NCBI GenBank assembly: GCA_951406725.2
Contig: OX597834.1
Coordinates: 46,252,001-46,316,000, forward strand
DNA length: 64,000 nt
Direction of reading: 5' to 3'
Source of the DNA: Octopus vulgaris
Taxonomy: Eukaryota
Shown here: positions 54,040 through 64,000 of the stretch, in pieces
Layout of the letters: each line of letters starts with the position of its first letter
How positions within the stretch are numbered: the stretch's first letter is position 1
Made by a program: the position numbers and the translations under genes
The notes under the pieces: model-generated
The model's input: only the letters and a program-made list of their open reading frames with translations
Databases searched by the model: none
What the model was told of the DNA's origin: nothing

Positions 54040-54199
54040 ATGGTCTTCTTTCAGTTTCCGTCTATGGATTCCACTCACAAGAATTTGGTCGACCCGAGGC
54101 TATAGTAGAAGACAATCGCCCAAGATGCCACGCAGTGGGACTGAACACGGAACCATATGGTTGGTAAGCAAGCTACTTACCACACAGCCACTCATGCGG

Positions 54200-54235
<36 letters not shown>

Positions 54236-54397
54236 GACGGCCTGCTTTCTCTTTCCGTCTACCAAATCTATTCCCAAAGTTCTGGTCGGCCTTAGGTTAT
54301 ACTAGAATACATCTGATTACGGTGCCCTGCAGTGGTATTGAACCTGGAACAATGTGTCTGGGAAGTAAACTTCTTCACACACAGCTACACCTCCGTG
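54040..54397 (-). mobile_element. Two tandem SINE family S1 5' halves separated by (TA)n
   Basis: About 54040-54200 and 54235-54397 each match the head region of 39624-39770. Confidence 0.8.
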
Positions 54398-54602
54398 GCA
54401 TTGGTGTGCGTCTATGTGTGTCATTGAGTATGACTGTGCGTAGGAATGAATTTCATCATGAAGGTAAGACGGCTAGTCCATATGCATACACACACATATA
54501 CATACACAGAAACATATATACACATATATGATATGCGTGTGCTTGTGTGAGCATATATGAGTACATACATACGTTATATAGATATATATGCGTATATATA
54601 TA

Positions 54603-54717
<115 letters not shown>

Positions 54718-55078
54718 GCATGTATGTAGGCATGCATGTATTTATGTAGGTATGTATGTATGTTAGGATGCATAGCTATCAACTCGTCTTCCGACGATCA
54801 ATCGATACGGTAGGATATGAATTCAATTAGGAATATACGATATTTTCTATAACGACATTCAACATAATATTTATTGATTATTGTTGTGTTTGAGTTAATT
54901 GTCGAATTAGAGCTAATAGACAGGATGGAGTTAGGAATATTAACGTACGTTTCTTTTGTGGATATGTGTGTGTTTATATGCATATATATTTATTTATACA
55001 CATATATATATACATGTGTATGTTTCGTGTGAATATATTATATATAGATCTACGGACACATACACACACACATATATG

Positions 55079-55114
<36 letters not shown>

Positions 55115-55462
55115 CATACACGCATGTATAAAAGATATATGTAAATTTACACACATATGTATTTCTATATGTGTGTGTATATATATACATATATATACAT
55201 ATATACACACAACTATTGTAGAAAGGATATATTAATCAGTACCTTAAAATCACACTCACACGCATATGCGCATATATATATGTGTGTGTGTGTGTGTGTG
55301 TTTGTGTGTAGGCATATATGCATATGCATACACATTTGAATACATGTGTATCTATGCATGCATACTTACATATGGGTATACTTGTATGGATGTGCATTTA
55401 TATGTAAATATATACAAATATATATGTGTAAATATGTGTGTGTAGATATATGTATATATATA

Positions 55463-55507
<45 letters not shown>

Positions 55508-56103
55508 TCTAATGCATATGTATACATACAAATTCGAGTGTGTTATATTCATGTGCGTGCACAGCAAAATACACTTTTCTATTTTAGCACATCATATGAC
55601 CACAGTTAACCAATCGTTAATTAAACGTTCAAACCAGAAAAAGTAACGTGTAAATATCTTGAAAATGAAATTAAAAAAAAGAGAAAAGAAACAGAAATCA
55701 TAAAACAACGAAACGAAAAACTTTGTTCCATATTGGAAAACAAAGTTGGAATATTTTTACACGGAAGACGATTTTTTGCAGCCACCGGATAACTTTACTT
55801 CAAAGTGATTCACCATATAGATTGATATCATATCAGTGTTCGTCGGTCTTTTCATTTTCATGTATTTTCCTCGTAATTTTGTTTTTCGTAGCTGTAGGAA
55901 TGTGAGATCTCGGATTGGGTTAGTGACTTTAACCTTCTCTTTGCGTATCTAGTTTTGCCCTTATCGACGACACATCAGTGTATGTGCAAGATAATTCAAT
56001 TGAAGTCGCTTTCCGTTTTACAGTTTGTAGCCAATAGAATTGCGAAGATATGACATGTACTAAGAAAGATGAATACATACATGTATATATACATATAAAT
56101 ACA

Positions 56104-56154
<51 letters not shown>

Positions 56155-56203
56155 GTGAATATACATGCATATATACATGTATATGTATATATATCTATAT
56201 ATA

Positions 56204-56257
<54 letters not shown>

Positions 56258-56355
56258 CTGAGATGAATAGAATAATGTAAAATTGTACTGTTGCAAGTCA
56301 TTGTAGAAATGTACGTAGGCTGTCTATGTAGCATATATATGCATATATGCATGTA

Positions 56356-56401
<46 letters not shown>

Positions 56402-56671
56402 CAGGTCACTCCATACATACGTAAATGTATGCATACAAGCATATTTTATACACATGTACATACATATATAAAAGCATACCATCTACATACATACACATAC
56501 ACAAATGCAACTTGTTTGTGACATCTTTCGGAAGAGACTACAGGAAGGACAGATGAGAGATTCACTCTTACTACAGTTAAACAGTGAAGCAAAATTCGCC
56601 TGAGCGATAACGGCGAATGGCAGGCAAGAAAAAATGCGTTATTAAGAAACGGTAACAGCAACAACAACAAT

Positions 56672-56694
56672 AATGATGGTGATGATAATAATAA

Positions 56695-56788
<94 letters not shown>

Positions 56789-56801
56789 GGTGGTGGTGGT
56801 G

Positions 56802-56872
<71 letters not shown>
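56672..56872. repeat. (TAG)n/(TGG)n compound microsatellite
   Basis: Seen directly. Confidence 0.97.
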
Positions 56873-56873
<1 letters not shown>

Positions 56874-57361
56874 AATGCCCTGATGCAGTACCAGACAGTG
56901 GCTCTCATGGCTTCTGATCTTAACTGATTGGAAGTGTTATCATGTACATTGTTTTGTCTTGGTATAAAATATGGTCTACAGCAAATATTCTGCTCAATAC
57001 CACAGATTTGCTTGTCAGTTGTTTGACCGTAACCAGTTGACCATGTCCCTTAGTGGCTGACGATATGTGCATCTCTGATCACGCGCAGAAGTAGTGGGGG
57101 AGCATCATAGCCATGTGTTGAGAGGGATTCTTTGGGGTTTGAATAATTCACCTCTTGAAACATGGGTGTTTCGTTCAACATCCTTAAACAACCCTTATTC
57201 AGGGACCTTTTGAGCGGGATGGGTTACTCAAACTGAAGAAAATTCTAACTGGGCCCCGCCTGCAAGGTCATGTGCTGTTTATCTTGGTATGAGATCACCA
57301 TGTTGCGCACATATGGTTGTGATGCATGTGCCTGGTGATAATGATGATGATGAGGATGATG

Positions 57362-57413
<52 letters not shown>

Positions 57414-57448
57414 CGATGATGACGATGATGATGATGGTGGTGATGATA

Positions 57449-57482
<34 letters not shown>

Positions 57483-57917
57483 CGATGATGAAGGTAATAA
57501 TATTATAACTAGTAATAATAATTGGAGGTCGAGGAGAGGGGAGAAGAATGTTGCTGATGGTGACGATAACGATAATGACGAGAACGACGACGATGTCGAC
57601 AAAGAAAGGGAACCAAAAAAATCTGAACATCATGAATGGCAAAGATAGCAGTTTGAAGAAAATATTCCAAATGATTTGATATTTTCGATAAACGACGGTA
57701 TTTTTGTAGAAAACGTTCAAAGATGGCGGAAATAATATTAAGTAAGACGTGACGCATTGTTTTGCCTTTATTTCTGAGATTCTTGACTGTTTTGGTTTGT
57801 TTTATTTCTGTTTTCTATCTCCATCTACTTCACTTCAGCCTATCACTTATTAACACTTACTGCCTGCAGCTTAAGATGCGCGTGTACGCACACGCACTTA
57901 ATCCATAATATACATAC

Positions 57918-57981
<64 letters not shown>

Positions 57982-58037
57982 ATGCACATGTATACAAGCA
58001 CATGTACGCACACACTTGTACCTTTCTGAGAATATAT

Positions 58038-58111
<74 letters not shown>

Positions 58112-58130
58112 ATATATGTATAGATATTTG

Positions 58131-58162
<32 letters not shown>

Positions 58163-58172
58163 TGTATGTATG

Positions 58173-58223
<51 letters not shown>

Positions 58224-59738
58224 ATGTATATGTTGTTGGTGATGCTGGTGTTGGTGGTGGAGGATGTCACTTAGTTCAGTTTCGAGAGACCTTTCAATCC
58301 ATTATGATTATAAGGTTATTCTCGAAGCTAATAAACCGTTGATGTTGAATGTTTTCATTTCTCCCCCCACCCTCCGTTATATTTCACTCTGCAACAGGCC
58401 AATTAGGGAGCCACTAGGTGAATGTTAGATGTTCTTGATATTACAACCTAATAGCCCTCAGCTTTCCTTCTTCACTTATACTAAACAACGAAAGATGCGC
58501 ACGATGGTTCAATCTTAGATGTCCCTTAAAATGACGGCATATCCATGAAAGCTGAATATTTCATTATGGGGTTGTTTAAGGGGTTCATGCGGAACAGCTT
58601 TGCTTTCATCTTCCTTCGCCTCTAGCACTGGTAGAGGCGGGAAATTGGTCTCATGGTTTCGCTTAGCCATATTTGTTTAGAAATATGGCAAGGAAACCGA
58701 AGAAAATAAAAATGTAAATAGGTTTGAAACTGCCCCCAAGGGGTCAATTCTTCCCTTGAAAATACACTCAAACGAAAGCTGGGTGCTTTACACACCTTGT
58801 ACGCAAAAATTGAAACAAAATATGTGCAATAAATGGTCGAAAAAAGCGATTACATGCGGAGCCAATGCGACATCACGTCAGTCGAGAGATAGATCAGACG
58901 GATAGATAGATAGATTGATAGAGGGAGAGAGAGAGAAAGAGAGAGAGAGAGAGGTAGTCATAAGTATGGCGCTGTGAGACCAAACCCAAAGTCAGCTGGT
59001 TACAAAGCGAGCTGCTTAGCCACAGAGCAACGCCTGTACCAGATGTTGGTGTAATTTCCTCATGCTGGAATACAGGTTTCAACTAATTTACATACAACAA
59101 CTTCAATAAGCACTGCGTCTGCCTTACTAACCTGACCTCTAATACTGACCGCCTTTCCTGCAGCCAATCTCCATCAAATCGTATTCTGTTATCATAAGTG
59201 AAACATGACACATTCCTGATATTCTATGTTTAAAATAAGGTACATGGTCATTGCTGGGAGACATTTATTTGATCAAGGTTCAGTTAAATCAGGCCGGAAG
59301 TACAACTACACAACAACGAAAGCATCAAAAAGACGCTTTCAGTGTCAGCCATATTGAATCAACAGATTATAGCATGGATACAAGCTATCAAGGTTATTTC
59401 GGTTATTAGTTTATTTCTTGTAGACATTTCAGTTTTCTTTCCTTTAATTATGTGTGCAGGGATGTATGTGTATATATATATGTATATTTATGCATGTATA
59501 TGCATTAACGTACATCTTGCATGTAAGCTCATATACACTGAATGTATAAATGCTTGTGTAGATCTATATATATATACCTGTATATACACGTGTGTGTGTG
59601 TGTGTATCTGAGTGCGTATGTATGCGTTGGCGCACACATACACACAAACGCAGACATTCATACATAGAAACACATATACGTACAAATAAATATATATATA
59701 CATACATATATATATATGTGTGTATGCATGTATATATG

Positions 59739-59808
<70 letters not shown>

Positions 59809-59961
59809 TTAAAATTACTAAGTCTCTCTTAGTTCGAAGGTTATATGGATACAGTTTGTGTATCAAATAGCTAACTTAAGGCGATGGCCTCATGGAGCTA
59901 ATAAGCGGACAGCTTTATTCTTATTTTTATAAGAATGCCATATTAGTATGGCGATAACTAT

Positions 59962-59994
<33 letters not shown>

Positions 59995-60767
59995 TGATAT
60001 AGAAAGATAGATAGATAGATAGATAGATACATACTTACATACATACATACATATATATAAAGACAGATGCGTACACATATAGATGATTAAATTGATAGAT
60101 AGATGATGAGTAAACACTCATATATAAATACATGTGCATGTATTCATACATATGTAATTGTATGAGGAAATATACATGCCTTTGTGTCTGATTTTGTGTA
60201 TTTATGCGAGTGTTGTGTATATCTGTATGGGGAGGGTGCTTGTGTGGGGTTGGAGGACCCTGTGAGTGTGCGCGCGCGTGCGTGGGTAAGTACGCGTGGG
60301 TGTTTGTATGCGTGTGAATGTTTGCGTGTGTGCGTGTGCGCGCGTGATTACGCGCGTGTGCGAGTGTGTGTGTGTGCGTGTGTTATGTGCTTGTCTGATG
60401 TGTGTGCGTGTGTGTGTTCGTATGCGTGTTTATGTGTGTCTGTGTGCGTACGCTTATGCGTCTGTATGTGCGTATGCGCGTGTGTGTCTGCGTGAGCAGG
60501 TCTGTGTACGCATGTGTGTGCGTGTGCTTTTGTGTGTGCGCGCGCGCGTGCGTGTGTGTGTGTGTGCCCAGCCCAGACACAGTATAATGTCTGAAGAACG
60601 TTTTAAAGAATGCGAAAAATATTTGATGTAACTTTAGGAAAATATGTTTCAAAAGGATGAAGGAACGGCGACATCTATCGGTGACTTTACTCTGTGTTCT
60701 TCACATCTGACGTGTGGAAGATCAAAGTTTTGCTTAAGCTACGTATGTCATCTCTAAATATGCCAGC

Positions 60768-61115
60768 TATCATCTTCGTCGTCATCATCATCATCATCTT
60801 CGCCGTCATCATCATCATCATCCTCTTCGTCGTCATCATTATCATTATCATCATCATCATCATCTTCGTCGTCATCATCATCATCATCAACGATTTCGCC
60901 ATCGTTATCAGCATCACCGCACAACTCATTATCATTGTCGTTGTTATCATTATCATCATCATCATCAACACCATCACCAACTTCATAATCGTCCTCGGCA
61001 TCACCACCACCACCATTAGTATCACTTTTATAACCGCCATCATTGTCACAGACATAGTCATCATTATCATCATCATTATCGTCCTCAACATCATCGCCAT
61101 TATCTTCAACAGCAA

Positions 61116-61154
<39 letters not shown>

Positions 61155-61178
61155 TATCGTCCTCATCATCATCGCCAA

Positions 61179-61216
<38 letters not shown>

Positions 61217-61610
61217 CCAATTCTGGTATCGTCGTCGATCTCGTCATTGGCTTTGGCGTTGTCATCATCAACCCCCTCCCACCCCACCCCCACTGCCGTT
61301 ATCATCGTTATCACTTTCAACATCGTCATCTTCTTTAAATCTAAAATTGTCATCATCATTATCTTCGTCATCATCACCATCATCATCAGCATCCAGGTCA
61401 TCATCATCATCATCATCGTCATAAGCAGCATTATCATTACCATTATTATTATTATCATGGTCGTCATTCATCAACATCATCATTATCATCAAGATTATCA
61501 TCAACATCGTTATTATCATCGTCATCGTTATCATCATCATCATCACCACCATCAATGCCATTATTAACCTTATCGTCATTGCCAACATCGTCGTCATCAT
61601 CGTCGTATCG
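60768..61610. repeat. Degenerate (CAT)n trinucleotide tract
   Basis: Seen directly; yields poly-I, poly-D and poly-M pseudo-ORFs. Confidence 0.95.
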
Positions 61611-61735
61611 CTAATCCCTACGTGACCTCGTGTAAGATTGCTTCGTCCTTCTTGTTCTGCCAATCTGCCTAGTTTGTTTTGTTTTGTTGGGTTCTTTTCA
61701 TTTTTAGAAGTTTGTCCATAGTTAAAACAATAGTC

Positions 61736-62150
61736 GCAGGTGTGACAGAGCGGTAAGAGCTTTCTTCTCAACCACATGATGCTGGGTTCAATCTCACTGC
61801 ATGGTACCCTGAGAAAGTATCTTCTACTTTAACCTCGGGTCGTTCGAAGCCTTATGAGTGGATTTGACAAAAACTGAAAAATGTCCGACTTGTGTGTGTG
61901 TTAATGTGTGGGTGTGCATGCGTAAGTGTGTATGTGTATGTTTGTCCCCCACCACTGCTTGAGACCCGGTATTGTGTCGTTTACGTCTCCGTAACTTAGC
62001 AATTCAGCAAAAATGACCGATGGAACAAGTATCAGGATTTAAAAACAATAAAAACTGGGATCGATCCATTCGACCTAAATTTCTTTAATGGGGTGCCCCA
62101 TCATGGCCACAGTCTTACAACTGAGACAAGTAGAAAATAAAAGATAAATA
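61736..62150 (+). mobile_element. SINE family S1, diverged full-length copy
   Basis: Colinear similarity to 39624-40027. Confidence 0.8.
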
Positions 62151-63166
62151 GATCAGGAACCGTATGCCATTTCGCGCAGAGCAATACTTCACCCTCGTAA
62201 CGCCATCTTTTCACGAGCATTTTAAGCTCTGCATTTAGCAGAATGATGGATCTGATATTATAATGATTTCTTCTTGGTCAAGTTTTCCTTCGGGAGCGTT
62301 TCCATGTTTTATTTATTTATTTATTTATTTTTGCTTACGCAACCAGTTGCCATTGTGGAGACACCTGTCATGTAGTTGTAGCAACCAACACCAATTCATA
62401 TATATATACATATATATATAAATAATTTTTTTAGTTATTTCAGTCATTTGACTGTGGCCATCCTGGAGCACCGCTTTGAAGGGTTTTAGTCAAACAAACT
62501 GACACCAGAGTTTTTTTAAGCCTAGCACTTATTCTATCGGTTCTTTTGCCGAGCCGCTAAGTTACAGACATAAAGACACACATACATACATAGATACATA
62601 CATATATATATACATATATACATATACATATACATATACTCGCAATTTCGGCTGATTAATCTTGAGATTGCTCCGATCTGGCCAGCCCCAAAGAAAAACT
62701 AACCTACGAGCATTAGATTTCTTGGAAAAAAGATCGAATGTATACGAAACAAGGACAGAAAAACGGACGATGTTACACATATATATATAAGAGGGAACCA
62801 CTTATATTTATGTATAAAATACTATTTACTGAATCTCAGGTTTTATGCGCTAGACCACTGCTGTTAAATCGATGTTATAAAATTAATATCCAATTTTTCA
62901 CCCTCATTTTGATTATATATACGACGGGATCTTTCAGTTTCCGTCAACAAAATCCATTCACAAGGCTTTGGTCGGCTCGAGGTTGTAGTAGGAAATAGCA
63001 ATGAAAAGATCAGGAATCGTATAAGTCATTTTTTTCTTTGGGAGTGTTTCCATGTTGTTTGTGTCACGTAATTGTAGCCAGCAGGTCTGGTGTAAAGCTG
63101 GTGGGGGTTAACAGTTTAAATACGGCTAATTGTGATTCAATCATTTGCTGGTGCGGGCAACTGTAA

Positions 63167-63330
63167 GGGCGCATGGCCCAGTGGTTCAGGCGTTGCACTC
63201 AAGATCGCGAACGCATGGTTTCAATTACTGGCCTGATTGGTGCGCTGTGTCCTTGCATCTCACGTTGATCTGCGATCACTTCTACACCTGATGTTTAGTA
63301 CAGCATGCATCTGTAGTAATAGGTGACGCT
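63167..63330 (+). mobile_element. tRNA-derived SINE family S3, degraded
   Basis: gggcgcatggcccagtggttcagg..ggtttcaatt head, similar to 8673-8885. Confidence 0.55.
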
Positions 63331-63949
63331 TGAGTATTAGTATTGTTACTAATACCGTGTTACTGTTCTCATTTAGTCTTCGTTGTACTTACGTGTGTAT
63401 GGCCAAGAACTGGTGACTGTGGGCGGGGACAGTTTGGTGACGATGTTAATAGAGAGTAATAAAGCAATAATTACTCATTGATAGGAAGCAAAAATACATT
63501 ATTTGTGGGTTTCTCTTTTTTGTCAGGATAGGCGAAAACTTCCAATTAAAAAAGATAAATTGGAATAAATAGAGAGGGTTGTAGGGTCAGGAAAACATTC
63601 GACAAAGAAATGTATATAATGAATAAATAAACGTATAACTATAGGAATAATAAATATAAAATTAAAAACGTCTATTTATCTCTTCATTTAATTATACACT
63701 CTACCTCAGGTATTGAGTGCTTTTAATTATAGCGACTTCCGTTTCTAAAGATAAATTTAACCAGAAATATTTGTGTATGGGTGTATCTGTGTATGAGTGT
63801 ATCTGTGCAAGTGTGTGTGTTTGTATATGTATGTATGTATATGTATATTATGTGTACGTGGAGATAGACAGACAGATAGATATGTATATATATGTATGTA
63901 TATATATATATGAAGGTACGTATGAATGAATACATATGTATTTATATAC

Positions 63950-63994
<45 letters not shown>

Positions 63995-64000
63995 AATATT

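Noticed and set aside
60687-61777. Long acidic poly-Asp, poly-Met and poly-Ile ORFs
   Set aside because: Degenerate (CAT)n microsatellite open on both strands.

Overview
AT-rich, microsatellite-dense eukaryotic non-coding DNA. The SINE families and repeat landscape look like those of an octopus (coleoid cephalopod) genome; this is recognition from memory, not a search. No host protein-coding gene can be confidently identified, and almost all tracked ORFs are translated microsatellites. The real content is mobile DNA. It includes a Tx1/L1-clade LINE represented by an intact ORF1 plus the first 31 codons of ORF2 (1861-4200) and two tandem 3' ends (32980-34512), all embedded in (CTAT)n arrays. 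There is also an internally deleted R4/Dong-like LINE inside (TAA)n, six pieces of a second R4-like REL-endonuclease LINE, a Penelope element, an RTE LINE, Chapaev3-like, mariner and Tc1 transposase relics, and many tRNA-derived SINEs. Four observations stand out. (i) About ten type-I hammerhead-ribozyme-like motifs all lie on the + strand, including three sequence-unrelated ones within 800 bp at 42.0-42.8 kb and one with a 62-nt helix II. (ii) The Tx1 family appears to target (CTAT)n, and its 5' half sits in an inverted, twin-priming-like configuration. (iii) One SINE has a 3' tail matching the 3' end of that Tx1 LINE. (iv) Different retroelement families partition among different microsatellite types.
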